Numbered from the stretch's first letter, positions 41,806 through 52,691 are shown. The stretch: DNA of 64,000 nucleotides from an uncultured Chromatiaceae bacterium (GCA_945787785.1 CALZIO010000001.1:61169-125168); one strand, 5' to 3'. The notes: generated from the letters alone by a model not told the origin. Program-made: numbers and translations.

Positions 41806-43017
41806 TTAATCACCCATCAGACTACGACATGCCTCGCTGGCCCAGGCCACGGACTGCAGATAAGCATCCAGGATGATCTCTTCTTCCAGCTCCGGGTATT
41901 CGAGTTGGTCCCACTCACCAAACTCATAGTGGAGCGTCAGTTCGAGTAATTTACCCGGCATTCCTTCAAATCGCAACAGCGCCTGATTGACTTCATCGCT
42001 GAGTGACAGCATGGCTAATATCTTTTCCATTGGCATATCGAGCAATGCTTCTAACACCGACAACAAACCCACCGTAAAACAGGTATCCTCAGCCTTATAA
42101 TTAACTGCTTTGGCCAGAATTTCACACATCTTAGCGCGAATAACCGCAGTCACCATTAACTCGTTGGGTTTATCTTCCACGCGCGCCATCACCAACAATG
42201 AGGCCCATTTCTGGATGACCTTGATACCCAGAAACACCACCGCCCGCTGGATACTCTCGACCGGTTTGGGTAAACCGAAAAATGCCGAATTGATATAACG
42301 CAGTAACTTGTAACTCAAGCCTACATCCTGGCTGATCAGGCTTTCCATTTTAGGAATATTGGCATCAGGCCGCTGCACCTCGGCCAACAACTGCATTAAG
42401 GCCAGCTGATTCGAAGGTAAGCGGGTTCGGCGAATCACCTTGGGACGGGAAAAGAAATAACCCTGAAAATAGTCAAACCCAAGTTCACTGCACAACTCAT
42501 ACTCTTCCGGAATTTCAATCTTTTCAGCCAGCAGCTTGAGATGGGGGTACTCTTTCAAAGCACTGACATGGTCACGCAACTTATCCTCGCTGATGGCTTG
42601 CATATCGATTTTGATGATATGAGCCAGATCCAACAATGGCAGTACCGCTTCGCGATAAATAAAGTGATCCAAGGCAATGGTATAGCCCTGTTTAATCAAC
42701 CATCTGATGCCTGATATCAACGCTTTGTCGATTTCCTCATATTCCAGAATTTCGATCACAACCTGATTCGAAGGCAGGGGCAGAGGATATTGGCCGACAA
42801 TAAAATCCCGGCTTAAATTGACAAAGGCACAACGCCCGCCCACCAAATTCTGCAGGCCGACCTCTGTCATAGTATTAAGAATCACGTGCGAGTGACTAGC
42901 ATCACCATCTGCAACATCCGCAGCGCCGTCTTCACCTGGGCGATAAAATAGCTCGTAACCATAGGCATGCTGGGTACGGTTATAAATGGGTTGCCGGGCA
43001 ATCAATAATTCAGGCAT
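41806..43017 (-). CDS. EAL-domain plus HDOD-domain signalling protein (EAL probably degenerate)
   Basis: 403 aa. The N-terminal EAL-like region has ELF in place of EAL and DHFIYR in place of DDFGTG. The C-terminal half has an HDOD-like helical domain. Confidence 0.65.
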   Translation of the reverse strand: MPELLIARQPIYNRTQHAYGYELFYRPGEDGAADVADGDASHSHVILNTMTEVGLQNLVGGRCAFVNLSRDFIVGQYPLPLPSNQVVIEILEYEEIDKALISGIRWLIKQGYTIALDHFIYREAVLPLLDLAHIIKIDMQAISEDKLRDHVSALKEYPHLKLLAEKIEIPEEYELCSELGFDYFQGYFFSRPKVIRRTRLPSNQLALMQLLAEVQRPDANIPKMESLISQDVGLSYKLLRYINSAFFGLPKPVESIQRAVVFLGIKVIQKWASLLVMARVEDKPNELMVTAVIRAKMCEILAKAVNYKAEDTCFTVGLLSVLEALLDMPMEKILAMLSLSDEVNQALLRFEGMPGKLLELTLHYEFGEWDQLEYPELEEEIILDAYLQSVAWASEACRSLMGD

Positions 43018-43130
43018 GGCTTTTCGTCAGAAAATTCGACTTGGTTAAAACGACATTTATATTATCGTCCGGGCAGCGCCATTCATGATTAATCACAAAA
43101 TTTTTGCGGGTGTTTCTCAGTTGAGACGGT

Positions 43131-44489
43131 TTACAGCAGAACCAATGTCGCCAGACCAAGAAATGCAAAAAAACCAATAACATCCGTCACTGTGGTGAGC
43201 ACCACAGAAGAAGAGAGGGCCGGATCGATGCCCAGCTTTTTCATCATCAAGGGAATCGTAGCACCCGCCAGGGCGGCGGCCACCAGATTAATCAACATCG
43301 CCGCCGCAATAATGACTCCGATCATATAATTGCCAAACCAGATAGTTGAGATTACGGCTACTACGAAGGCCCAGAGCAGACCATTTAGAACACCTACGGC
43401 CAGTTCCTTGGTCAGTATTCTCCTGGCATTGGCTGAACCGATATGCCCCAAGGCCATACCACGTATCACCAGGGTAAGGGTTTGGCTACCGGCAATGCCA
43501 CCCATACTGGCCACAATCGGCATTAAGACCGCCAGGGCGACCACCTGCTCGATCGTGCCTTCAAACAACCCAATTACCCAGGAGGCAATCAAGGCGGTAA
43601 CCAAGTTGATGCCCAACCAGATACCGCGGCGACGCGAACTGATCACAACCGGGGCGAAGATGTCATCCTCTTCATCGAGACCGGCCATACTCATGATCGA
43701 GTGTTCAGCCTCATCACGAATTACGTCAACCACATCATCGATGGTGATACGGCCAAGCAACTTACCGTCACCATCCACGACCGGCGCAGACACCAGGTCG
43801 CGCTTTTCAAACAGTCCTGCCACCTCTGTTTCCGACATATCCGCGTGAATGGGTTCAAAATCGTGAATCATCACCTGGCCCACCATCAGGCTAGGGTCCT
43901 TGGTGACGATATCGGCAATCGACAGCAGGCCGAGAAACTGGTCATTACGATTTACAACAAACAGATGGTCGGTCATCTCGGGCAACTCACCACGCAGGCG
44001 CAGATAGCGCAGCACAACATCAATCGTGACATTGGGCCTTACCGTGACGGTGTCGATATTCATCAAACCACCGGCACTATCCTCAGGAAAGGACAACACG
44101 GCCTCGAGACGGAAGCGGTCCTGTTCGCTCATGGACTGCAACACTTCATGGATCACCATGTCAGGCAGGTCTTGCAGGATGTCAGCCAGATCGTCGGTGT
44201 CGAGGCTCTCCGCCGCTGCCACCAGCTCATCGGTTTCCATTTGGTGAATCAGCTTGGCGCGCACATCATCGTTGACGTAGCTGAGGATCTCACCGTCTTT
44301 TTCTGCATCAACCATTTCCCAGACGAGTTCACGCTCATTACCAGGTAAAGACTCAAGCAGGTGGCCAATCTCAGCAGGATGAAGTTCATTCACCATTTGG
44401 CGAATATTGATCAGGCGGCCGCTTTCAAGGGCTTCAGAAAAACGCTGCAAACGCTTTTGTGATTTTTCTTGTTCTTGAATTTCAGCCAT
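43131..44489 (-). CDS. mgtE: magnesium transporter MgtE
   Basis: 452 aa with N domain, tandem CBS domains and a 5-TM C-terminal domain. Confidence 0.85.
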   Translation of the reverse strand: MAEIQEQEKSQKRLQRFSEALESGRLINIRQMVNELHPAEIGHLLESLPGNERELVWEMVDAEKDGEILSYVNDDVRAKLIHQMETDELVAAAESLDTDDLADILQDLPDMVIHEVLQSMSEQDRFRLEAVLSFPEDSAGGLMNIDTVTVRPNVTIDVVLRYLRLRGELPEMTDHLFVVNRNDQFLGLLSIADIVTKDPSLMVGQVMIHDFEPIHADMSETEVAGLFEKRDLVSAPVVDGDGKLLGRITIDDVVDVIRDEAEHSIMSMAGLDEEDDIFAPVVISSRRRGIWLGINLVTALIASWVIGLFEGTIEQVVALAVLMPIVASMGGIAGSQTLTLVIRGMALGHIGSANARRILTKELAVGVLNGLLWAFVVAVISTIWFGNYMIGVIIAAAMLINLVAAALAGATIPLMMKKLGIDPALSSSVVLTTVTDVIGFFAFLGLATLVLL

Positions 44490-44607
44490 GACGTAATAGA
44501 ACCGGTTTAAGCACGCGCAACCGTGAGAAAGATACAGCTGAAGATTTTAAGGGGCTTGGATATTAGGCGCCAGCCCTAAACTAAAAATAATTTAGAGTTA
44601 ACCGGCC

Positions 44608-46356
44608 TTACGGACTATTAAGTAGTTCAATAAAGGCTTCAACATCAGCCGCAGATGACATTCGCAACACACGACGCACTTTTTTACTCAGCTGCTCCAC
44701 ATCAGAATTTTGGACGATGCTTTTCACTTCCGGCACCATTGCCGGTTGCATACTGAACTCGCTCAAACCCAGCCCCAACAATAATCGGGTATAACGTGAT
44801 TCGCCTGCCATTTCACCGCACATTGAAACCGGGATACCTGCTTTATGTCCTGCCTTAATGGTCATATCGATTAAGCGTAACACCGCGGGATGAGTTGGTT
44901 GATACAGATAACTAACCGCATTATCCTGGCGATCTGCCGCCATGGTGTATTGCACCAGGTCATTGGTGCCAATAGAGAAAAAATCGAGATATTTTGCAAA
45001 CACGTCCGACAGAATGGCGGCAGCCGGTACTTCTATCATCGCACCTACCGGCAAAGTATCATCAAAAGCCTTACCCTGCTCCTGCAACTCTACCTTGGCT
45101 TGTTTTATCAATGTTAGCGCCTGTTGTAACTCCTGCACACTGGCAACCATCGGAATCATCATAGAGACAGGCCCGTCGGCCGACACGCGCAAAATTGCCC
45201 TAAGCTGTGTAAGAAACAGGTCGGTGTCGCGCAGGCAAAGGCGAATAGCACGTAGCCCCAAGGCCGGATTGTTCGCCACTGAACTTAAGGCATGGCGGGA
45301 TTCTTTACTCAGCGTCTTATCTGCTCCCAGATCCAAAGTCCTGATAGTCAGTGGGCGGCCACGCAGTTGCTTAACCACGGTTTTATAAGTTTCGTATTGC
45401 TCCTCTTCGTCCGGCAACTCCTCGCGGTTCATAAACAGGTATTCAGTGCGATAAAGGCCCACGCCTTTAGCCGCCACCTTATTCATCATTGCCAAGTCTT
45501 CTGGCAACTCAATATTGGCATGCAAAGAGATAACCAGTCCGTCACGACTGATCGCGGGCAACTCTTTTAACTTGCTCAGCTCGGCATGATGGCGACGTTC
45601 TGCTCGTTGACGCTGTTGATAGTGCGCCATACCAGTTTTATCCGGGCTAGCCAGTAGCGCACCATAATAGCCATCTACCACCAAGGTCTCGCCCTGCTGC
45701 AAATAACGCAGTGCATTTTTGACACCGACAACTGCGGGAATGCCCAAGCTGCGCGCCAGAATGGTGGTATGGGAATTGGGGCCTCCAAACTCAGTAACAA
45801 AGGCTACGATTCCTTCATTCTGCATTGTCACCGTATCTGCCGGAGACAAATCGTCCGCAATAATGACACTATCTTTAAGACGACCATCCAACATGATCTG
45901 TATGTTGTCATTTTGATTCAGCAAGATGCGTTGAATGCGATTGACGACATGATCGACATCATCTTTGCGAGTACGCAGGTAGGGATCGTCCATCTCTTCG
46001 AACACCGCCACCAAGGCATCACGTTGCAGCTTCAGAGCCCATTCAGCATTGCAGCCACGCTCATCGATCAGCTTGACTGGATCTTTTGCCAGCGCCTTGT
46101 CACTCAACATCAATAGATGGGTATCAATAAAAGAGACAATATCAACCGGGGTGGTTGCAGGAATTTTTTGGCGCACCTCTGCCAGCTGTTCTTTGGCAAT
46201 ATCAACCGCCTGCCTAAAGCGCTCTTGCTCAGCCTTGACCAGGCTGGGAGGAATCAGGTATTCACGCACCTTAAGCTGATCGCGCTGCAACAAATAGGCC
46301 TTGCCGATAGCAACGCCCCGTGAAACACCTACCCCGTTTAAGCTCAGGCTAGCCAT
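44608..46356 (-). CDS. ptsI: phosphoenolpyruvate-protein phosphotransferase (Enzyme I), no GAF domain
   Basis: 582 aa with PEP-utilizing domains. Downstream of ptsH. Confidence 0.85.
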   Translation of the reverse strand: MASLSLNGVGVSRGVAIGKAYLLQRDQLKVREYLIPPSLVKAEQERFRQAVDIAKEQLAEVRQKIPATTPVDIVSFIDTHLLMLSDKALAKDPVKLIDERGCNAEWALKLQRDALVAVFEEMDDPYLRTRKDDVDHVVNRIQRILLNQNDNIQIMLDGRLKDSVIIADDLSPADTVTMQNEGIVAFVTEFGGPNSHTTILARSLGIPAVVGVKNALRYLQQGETLVVDGYYGALLASPDKTGMAHYQQRQRAERRHHAELSKLKELPAISRDGLVISLHANIELPEDLAMMNKVAAKGVGLYRTEYLFMNREELPDEEEQYETYKTVVKQLRGRPLTIRTLDLGADKTLSKESRHALSSVANNPALGLRAIRLCLRDTDLFLTQLRAILRVSADGPVSMMIPMVASVQELQQALTLIKQAKVELQEQGKAFDDTLPVGAMIEVPAAAILSDVFAKYLDFFSIGTNDLVQYTMAADRQDNAVSYLYQPTHPAVLRLIDMTIKAGHKAGIPVSMCGEMAGESRYTRLLLGLGLSEFSMQPAMVPEVKSIVQNSDVEQLSKKVRRVLRMSSAADVEAFIELLNSP

Positions 46357-46362
46357 ATCCCT

Positions 46363-46607
46363 AGCCCGTATGTCTCACCAGGGTAGCGGATGCTGGCGCC
46401 GGATCCGTGCGCCTGAACGCTGTTCTGGAGCGAAATTGGTAGTCACGACTACCAATTGAGTAAAGAGCAAGTTCAGGTGCGCAGAGACAAGCCAGGGCCG
46501 GGACAGGCCGAACGCTTGAATAAAATACAAATCGCGAATAATGCATAACACCCAGCCTTTCCCTAAGCTTGTGTTTATATATGGCCGCCTGGTGAGACAT
46601 ACGGGCT
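46363..46607. repeat. 245-bp element bounded by a perfect 20-bp inverted repeat with nested internal palindromes (MITE-like or structured RNA)
   Basis: AGCCCGTATGTCTCACCAGG at 46363..46382 is the reverse complement of 46588..46607. Inner palindromes GCGCCTGAAC/GTTCAGGTGCGC and AATTGGTAGTC-acg-ACTACCAATT. It fills the ptsH-ptsI intergenic space. Confidence 0.5.
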
Positions 46608-46876
46608 TATTCACCTTCACCAAAGTAGTCTGATATAAGAGCTTCCAATGCCTCTATCGTTTCTTGTTCATCAATGCCATCAATAATAAGTTCGAGTTGC
46701 GTACCTTTACTGGCTGCCAACATCATGACACCCATGATGCTTTTACCATTCGATTCGCGGTCTCCCTTGCGCAGCAAAACCTTGCTCTGATAGCGGCTGG
46801 CCAATTTAACAAACTTGGATGCTGCCCGTGCATGCAGGCCAAGCTTATTAATGATTTCTATCTGTTTATGTATCAC
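46607..46876 (-). CDS. ptsH: phosphocarrier protein HPr/NPr (GTG start)
   Basis: A GTG start at 46876 gives an 89-aa protein with the active His at position 15 (KLGLHARAAS). The ORF-track ATGs lie further upstream and overlap the EIIA gene. Confidence 0.7.
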   Translation of the reverse strand: MIHKQIEIINKLGLHARAASKFVKLASRYQSKVLLRKGDRESNGKSIMGVMMLAASKGTQLELIIDGIDEQETIEALEALISDYFGEGE

Positions 46877-47270
46877 AGCGATCTGGCAGACAGGCAAAAA
46901 TGCCATCTTTGCCACCTGAAACTGCTTTATAAACCAACTCGTCAAGAGATAAGGCAGGGTAGTTGAGCACCCGCACCAGCATAGGCAAATTAAGCCCGGC
47001 CACCACTTTTATGGTTGCATCGCCACATAGATAATTGGCAACATTACTTGGCGTGGATCCATACATATCCGTCAAGACAAGCACACCGCCACCGGTGTCC
47101 AGCCGTCTAACGGCAGCGCGTGTTTTTTCAAGCGCATCCTCAGGGTCACAGCCAGGTGACACTGAAATGATTTCCAACGCCATAGGACACATACCTAGGA
47201 TAGTTGAGGCTGTTTCAACCAGTGATACACCGACAGTATCGTGGGTAATAAGCAATAACCCAGCCGTCAT
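46866..47270 (-). CDS. PTS EIIA component, mannose/fructose family
   Basis: 134 aa. LLITHDTVG (active His), GGVLVLTDMYGSTPSN and KVVAGLNLPMLV match ManX-type EIIA. Confidence 0.7.
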   Translation of the reverse strand: MTAGLLLITHDTVGVSLVETASTILGMCPMALEIISVSPGCDPEDALEKTRAAVRRLDTGGGVLVLTDMYGSTPSNVANYLCGDATIKVVAGLNLPMLVRVLNYPALSLDELVYKAVSGGKDGIFACLPDRCDT

Positions 47271-48121
47271 GACAATTCCCGGTGCCTTACCAATACTTCA
47301 AGATTAGATTTTTGAAAATAGTCTGCGATCCGCCGCGCCAAATAAACCGATCGATGCTGACCTCCAGTACAACCAATCGCGATCGTCATGTAGGCGCGAT
47401 TATCGGCTTGAAAGCGTGGCATCCATCTTTCAATAAAATCTTTGAGATCATCATACATCTCTTCCACCAGAGACTGCTGCTCCAAAAACTGCTTAACCTC
47501 TTGATCGAGGCCAGTCAGGGCACGTAATTGTGGTACCCAGTGTGGATTAGGCAAACAACGCACATCAAAAACAAAATCCGCATCCACCGGAATACCATGT
47601 TTAAAACCGAATGACATGAAGGTCAATGTTAGCGAACGCGCCTCTTTCAACATCCGCTCGCGCACCAAATCGCGCAGTTGATGCACATTGGTATGGCTGG
47701 TATCAATACACCAGTCTGCATTCACCGCCAGAGCAGCGAGCAGCTTGCGTTCATGGCTAATCGCTTCCGCTAATGAGATGCCATCACGAGTTAATGGGTG
47801 TTTACGTCGTGTTTCGCTGAAACGCTTAATCAGGGTGTTATCGTCTGCCTGTAAAAACAGAATCTCACACCCAACCCCCACTGTTCGAATTTCAGCCAGC
47901 AAATCGGGAAAGCTGTCAAAATCATCAGTCAGGTTTCGAGCATCTATACCAACAGCCGCATGCTCATAGTTACGCCGTGGCGAACTAGAAATTTGTGTAG
48001 CAAATGAAGGTAAAAGGCTTAATGGCAGGTTATCAATACAATAAAAACCCAGGTCTTCGAGTGAATGCAAGACGATGCTTTTGCCGGAACCGGACAAACC
48101 ACTGACAATCACCAACTTCAT
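47267..48121 (-). CDS. rapZ: RNase adaptor protein RapZ (YhbJ)
   Basis: 284 aa with Walker A GLSGSGKS. Confidence 0.9.
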   Translation of the reverse strand: MKLVIVSGLSGSGKSIVLHSLEDLGFYCIDNLPLSLLPSFATQISSSPRRNYEHAAVGIDARNLTDDFDSFPDLLAEIRTVGVGCEILFLQADDNTLIKRFSETRRKHPLTRDGISLAEAISHERKLLAALAVNADWCIDTSHTNVHQLRDLVRERMLKEARSLTLTFMSFGFKHGIPVDADFVFDVRCLPNPHWVPQLRALTGLDQEVKQFLEQQSLVEEMYDDLKDFIERWMPRFQADNRAYMTIAIGCTGGQHRSVYLARRIADYFQKSNLEVLVRHRELS

Positions 48122-48651
48122 GCCGCCCCCTCAGTTAGCAGACAGGCCAACCTCGATTGAAAATCCGCACTTGCATCATAGCCCTGCTGACGGGCACGAT
48201 TCAAGCGCACTGCCATTTCGACAATTAGGGGCATATTACGCTGCTCAGAACACGGCAAGCGCCAGGCTGGCACAGATATCCCCAGCGCATGCCATTCAAA
48301 CGCCATGGGCTGAAGATGGTCGTAATGTTCTGATATACCCTTTTCAAGTGATAACACTAGATTCAAAGGCACCTGACTCACCACTGCCTGATCACCATAC
48401 AGCATTGCCAGATTTACTATCCCCAGACCCGCCACTTCCAGAAAGCCCTCAAAACCGGATTGACTGCGAACATGGAGGCTTTCATTCTGACTGAAAATTT
48501 CAACCAGGTCATCTGCCACCAATTGATGGCCCCGGTCTACCAAACCCAGGGCAAGATCGGTTTTGCCGATGCGGCTTTCACCCTGTAGCAGGATGCCCTG
48601 GCCAAGCACATCCAGCATTACACCTGGCCGCGAAAGAGTAGGCTCGGTCAT
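48118..48651 (-). CDS. hprK: HPr kinase/phosphorylase, short (C-terminal kinase domain only) form
   Basis: 177 aa with P-loop GESRIGKTDLALGL. Lies between ptsN and rapZ, as in many proteobacteria. Confidence 0.7.
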   Translation of the reverse strand: MTEPTLSRPGVMLDVLGQGILLQGESRIGKTDLALGLVDRGHQLVADDLVEIFSQNESLHVRSQSGFEGFLEVAGLGIVNLAMLYGDQAVVSQVPLNLVLSLEKGISEHYDHLQPMAFEWHALGISVPAWRLPCSEQRNMPLIVEMAVRLNRARQQGYDASADFQSRLACLLTEGAA

Positions 48652-48661
48652 AATGAAACGA

Positions 48662-49147
48662 TTAACTGGAAGTCGCGACCTTATGACTGGACGCGCGCCA
48701 ATTGCGCATTATGTTTTCGATTTCAGCGGAACTTGTGCTTTGACGCAAACGATCACGGATTGAGGCATCGCTAAACATCTCCGCCAGGGAGGCCAGCAGC
48801 TGTAAATGCTCTTCAGTTGACTCTTCCGGCACCATCAGCGCAAACACCAAATCAACCGGCTCACTGTCAATGGCATCAAAATCAACCGCGTTGTCAAACT
48901 TAATAAACACACCAAGCGCTTCTGTTATATCCTTAAAACGCCCATGCGGGATAGCCACACCATGCCCCAAACCGGTACTGCCAAGCCGTTCACGCGCCAA
49001 TAGCCCGTCAAAGATATCAGTCTCTGACAATTCAGCTTCGGTCACCTCCGCCAACAGACTACTGATCGCCTCAAGGGCTCGCTTTTTACTGCTCACGGCA
49101 CAACTGCATACAATTCGATCAGTTGTTAATAATTCTGAAATTTCCAT
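48662..49147 (-). CDS. ptsN: nitrogen-regulatory PTS EIIA-Ntr
   Basis: 161 aa with the EIIA fructose-family fold. Immediately downstream of rpoN. Confidence 0.85.
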   Translation of the reverse strand: MEISELLTTDRIVCSCAVSSKKRALEAISSLLAEVTEAELSETDIFDGLLARERLGSTGLGHGVAIPHGRFKDITEALGVFIKFDNAVDFDAIDSEPVDLVFALMVPEESTEEHLQLLASLAEMFSDASIRDRLRQSTSSAEIENIMRNWRASSHKVATSS

Positions 49148-49185
49148 GTTTTTCTTCTTAACTTATCTACTTCAACCCTATTAAG

Positions 49186-50736
49186 TTATATCAATCGTTT
49201 GCGCTCATTTGATGGTGGTATGGACATGGCTTCTCTATATTTTGCCACTGTCCGGCGCGCTACGTTGATCCCCTCCCCTTCTAATATTTTTGCGATTTTA
49301 CTATCGCTTAATGGTTTGCCCTGGTTTTCAGCCGAAATCAATTTCTTGATCAAGGCGCGAATGGCCGTTGATGAGCACGCTCCCCCAGAGGCAGTGGAAA
49401 CATGACTGGAGAAAAAGTATTTTAGTTCAAAAATTCCACGGGGGGTATGCATGTATTTACGGGTAGTCACTCGCGAAATTGTCGATTCATGCATTTCGAG
49501 CTCTTCGGCGATATCATTCAGCACCAGCGCCTTCATTGCCTCTTCACCATGCTCGAGAAATCCTCGTTGGCGTTCAACAATTGCCGTTGAAACTTTAAGC
49601 AGGGTTTCGTTGCGGCTGGCCAAGCTCTTGATAAACCAGCGCGCCTCTTGTAAATGATTACGCAGATAGGTGTTGTCGGCGCTGCTGTCAGCACGACGAA
49701 TCAGCCCGGCATACTGGGCATTCACCTTCAATTGCGGCACTGCCTCATAATTAAGCTCTACCCGCCATTTGCCATTGTGCTTTCTAACATTCACATCCGG
49801 CACAATATATTCTGCCGGTGCCGAGGCGATTACACCCCCGGGGCGCGGATTGACTGACTGCACCACGAGAATCGCCTCTTGCAAAGCTTCACGTGAGATT
49901 TTCATCTTGCGCATCAATTGGTTGTAATCGCGACTGCCTAACAGCTCAATATATTCACTGACCAGCTCGAGCGCATCCGCCACCTCTTGTTGTGACGCAT
50001 CAAATTGCTTGAGCTGGAGTAAAAGGCATTCTTGTAGATCTCGCGCTGCCACCCCGACTGGATCAAAATTCTGCACCTGATGCAGCACAGCTTCCATCTC
50101 TTCAATTTCAATATCAACGTCTTCGCCCAGATCAAGCCCTTGCATAATGTCATCCAGGGTACCGGCAAGATAACCATCTTCATTGATTGAGTCGATGATG
50201 GCTTCAGCAATAATCCGGTCTGTGTCACTGAAGGGAGTCAGGCGCATTTGCCACAGCAGGTGATCTTGCAAGCTCTCTTCACCACCACTCTGGTTTTCAA
50301 ACCCGCGGTAATCATCACTGGCGGGGGCACTGGCACTGGCACTGGTAGCAGGCAACACACTTTCATAGACGTCTTCCCAGTTACTATCCACGGGCAGGTC
50401 ATCGGGCATGTCGGGGCTTTGCAAATCGACGGTTGATTCCTGCGAGTCAGTGCCCTTAGGCGTCTCCTCGATCGGAGCAGTAGACTCAAATTCGGTCCCG
50501 CTGAGTGAGTCGCTACCGTTGACGGACTCAGCATTGGCCTCATTCCAGTTATCTTCGCCAGGGGCAGAATCAGAATCACTATCTTCATTCATCTCAAGCA
50601 ATGGATTGCTTTCCAGAGCCTCTTGAATTTCAGCCTGCAAATCTAACGTGGATAGCTGTAACAAACGAATCGCTTGCTGCAATTGCGGTGTCATGGTCAG
50701 GTGCTGACCTAAACGAAGCTGGAGTGACTGTTTCAT
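49186..50736 (-). CDS. rpoN: RNA polymerase sigma-54 factor
   Basis: 516 aa. N-terminal Gln-rich region I, an acidic region, and the C-terminal RpoN box [10 protein letters not shown]. Confidence 0.95.
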   Translation of the reverse strand: MKQSLQLRLGQHLTMTPQLQQAIRLLQLSTLDLQAEIQEALESNPLLEMNEDSDSDSAPGEDNWNEANAESVNGSDSLSGTEFESTAPIEETPKGTDSQESTVDLQSPDMPDDLPVDSNWEDVYESVLPATSASASAPASDDYRGFENQSGGEESLQDHLLWQMRLTPFSDTDRIIAEAIIDSINEDGYLAGTLDDIMQGLDLGEDVDIEIEEMEAVLHQVQNFDPVGVAARDLQECLLLQLKQFDASQQEVADALELVSEYIELLGSRDYNQLMRKMKISREALQEAILVVQSVNPRPGGVIASAPAEYIVPDVNVRKHNGKWRVELNYEAVPQLKVNAQYAGLIRRADSSADNTYLRNHLQEARWFIKSLASRNETLLKVSTAIVERQRGFLEHGEEAMKALVLNDIAEELEMHESTISRVTTRKYMHTPRGIFELKYFFSSHVSTASGGACSSTAIRALIKKLISAENQGKPLSDSKIAKILEGEGINVARRTVAKYREAMSIPPSNERKRLI

Positions 50737-50885
50737 GCGCTAGTTATTTTTTCCTACTCGACTTCAGTATGTTTCATCGAACCACTTTACTAAAACATAA
50801 ATTTTAACGCAGATAAGGGTTTGATATCAGTATTGCAATTTAGAAATCAACGAATTAAGGCAATCAATTGAGGGTTGAGCAAGTC

Positions 50886-51611
50886 TTAAAGTCGAAAATG
50901 CTCGCCCAGGTAGACCTTGCGCACGTGATCGTTATCCAGCACCTCTTCAGGATTGCCTTGAGCGATCACTTTCCCCTCGCTCATTATGTAGGCCCGCCCA
51001 CATATCCCAAGCGTTTCACGAACATTATGGTCCGTTATCAGGACACCGATATTCCTTTTTTGCAAGTGACTGATTATACGCTGAATATCAATAACGGAAA
51101 TCGGGTCGACACCGGCAAACGGCTCATCCAGCAAGATAAAACTAGGCTGCATGGCCAGCGCCCGGGCAATCTCGACACGGCGGCGCTCACCTCCGGAAAG
51201 GCTCATCCCGAGGGTCTCACGAATATGGCCGATATGCAGTTCATCCAACAGGTTTTCAAGCAGCTCTTCACGCGCCGGCTTATCCAGGCCTGGCTGGACC
51301 TGCAAAATCGCCATAATATTATCTTCCACACTCAATTTGCGAAAAACTGAGGCCTCTTGAGGTAAATAGCCAATCCCCATGCGGGCGCGGGCATGCATGG
51401 GCAACGCAGTAATATCATGGTCATCAACATATAAGCGACCTTTATCACACGGAACCAAACCCACAATCATATAAAAGCAGGTGGTTTTACCGGCGCCATT
51501 GGGGCCAAGCAGGCCCACCACTTCGCCACTATTCACTTCCAGGGAAACACCACCCACAACCTGGCGCGAACGGTAGGATTTAAAAATTGCCTCTGCCCCG
51601 AGAACACTCAT
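50886..51611 (-). CDS. lptB: LPS export ABC transporter ATP-binding protein
   Basis: 241 aa with Walker [10 protein letters not shown] and signature LSGGERRRV. Confidence 0.9.
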   Translation of the reverse strand: MSVLGAEAIFKSYRSRQVVGGVSLEVNSGEVVGLLGPNGAGKTTCFYMIVGLVPCDKGRLYVDDHDITALPMHARARMGIGYLPQEASVFRKLSVEDNIMAILQVQPGLDKPAREELLENLLDELHIGHIRETLGMSLSGGERRRVEIARALAMQPSFILLDEPFAGVDPISVIDIQRIISHLQKRNIGVLITDHNVRETLGICGRAYIMSEGKVIAQGNPEEVLDNDHVRKVYLGEHFRL

Positions 51612-52135
51612 TGTGGCTCCGGCGTCTGTGGGTCATCTTTACCAGGTGGATGGATAATCATTTTTATCCTCCCTTCACCGGCAACGCTCTTACCCGCTTT
51701 GACAAGCTTTTTGTCTAACTCGTATTCGACCCGGTTGCCAGAAAACTGGTTATCACCTTGCTGGAATTTTGCTTCTTTGTTGAATATGACCAGTGCCTTG
51801 TCGGCATAATATTCAATTATCTCGGCCTCTCCCCAGGATTGATCCTCTAATAATTCGGCATATCGATCGAATCGGGCCGGCTTGCCCGTCGCGACAATTT
51901 TTTTCACATCCTTGCGCTGTTCAGTGTAGATCACCACTTTGTCAGCCTTGACGGTATCCGGTCCATGGCGAAATACCACATTGCCCTGGTAGGTGCTGAT
52001 GCCCTTAATGTCATCGATTTTAAGGCTATCGGACTCGATATATATGGGTTCTTCGCGTAGGTCCTGCGCCAAAGTCAACGATGTGAACATTAACAGCAGC
52101 GCAAACACAGCAAGTCTACTGCAACACATATTCAC
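51608..52135 (-). CDS. lptA: LPS transport periplasmic protein LptA
   Basis: 175 aa with signal peptide and OstA-like fold. Between lptC and lptB. Confidence 0.8.
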   Translation of the reverse strand: MNMCCSRLAVFALLLMFTSLTLAQDLREEPIYIESDSLKIDDIKGISTYQGNVVFRHGPDTVKADKVVIYTEQRKDVKKIVATGKPARFDRYAELLEDQSWGEAEIIEYYADKALVIFNKEAKFQQGDNQFSGNRVEYELDKKLVKAGKSVAGEGRIKMIIHPPGKDDPQTPEPQ

Positions 52136-52691
52136 CTCTGACTTCCGCTAACAATTCGATAGTTCCAGCCTTCATATCCAACTTCATACCTTTTGCAGTC
52201 GTGATGCCCATGTTGTCAGTAATAGTGACCCTTTCACCGGTCTCGGCAAATTCCTGGTCGTGATATACCCAAACATCACGGGTTAGCACTTTCATAATAT
52301 TCTCTCTGGCTTCATCATGCCGCAGCAGCACGACCTCACCCTGTAACAATACAGAATCGCCATTCTGATAGATCAGGGCACGTTCGGAATCGAGCGTCAT
52401 CGGCTCAAGCTCCATCTCGCGATAAACCTCGAGACGGGGTTCAGTCAGCTCAGCAAAATCCGTGTCGACATAATGAATCATTGATTTGCCTAACAAGCGA
52501 TGCTTGGGCTCACCATTATTATCCATCGCAGTGATGACAAAATCTGAGAATGAGAAATCCATCACCAGAGATTCACCTTTCTCTGGCGGCTGAAACGATT
52601 GGCCCTCCTGGCGCTGCAACCACCAACTCAGCACAGCCAATAGCAACAAAATCCAAAGAGTAATATGACGCTTTGTCGGCAATGAGCGCAC
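52116..52691 (-). CDS. lptC: LPS export system protein LptC
   Basis: 191 aa with an N-terminal TM anchor. Position conserved between kdsC and lptA. Confidence 0.7.
   Translation of the reverse strand: MRSLPTKRHITLWILLLLAVLSWWLQRQEGQSFQPPEKGESLVMDFSFSDFVITAMDNNGEPKHRLLGKSMIHYVDTDFAELTEPRLEVYREMELEPMTLDSERALIYQNGDSVLLQGEVVLLRHDEARENIMKVLTRDVWVYHDQEFAETGERVTITDNMGITTAKGMKLDMKAGTIELLAEVRGEYVLQ

Noticed and set aside
43330-44348. Plus-strand ORFs 43330..43848 and 43701..44348
   Set aside because: They are antisense within mgtE, which has a full-length and well-conserved translation on the minus strand.
44942-46116. Several 75 to 148-aa plus-strand ORFs
   Set aside because: They are all antisense within ptsI.
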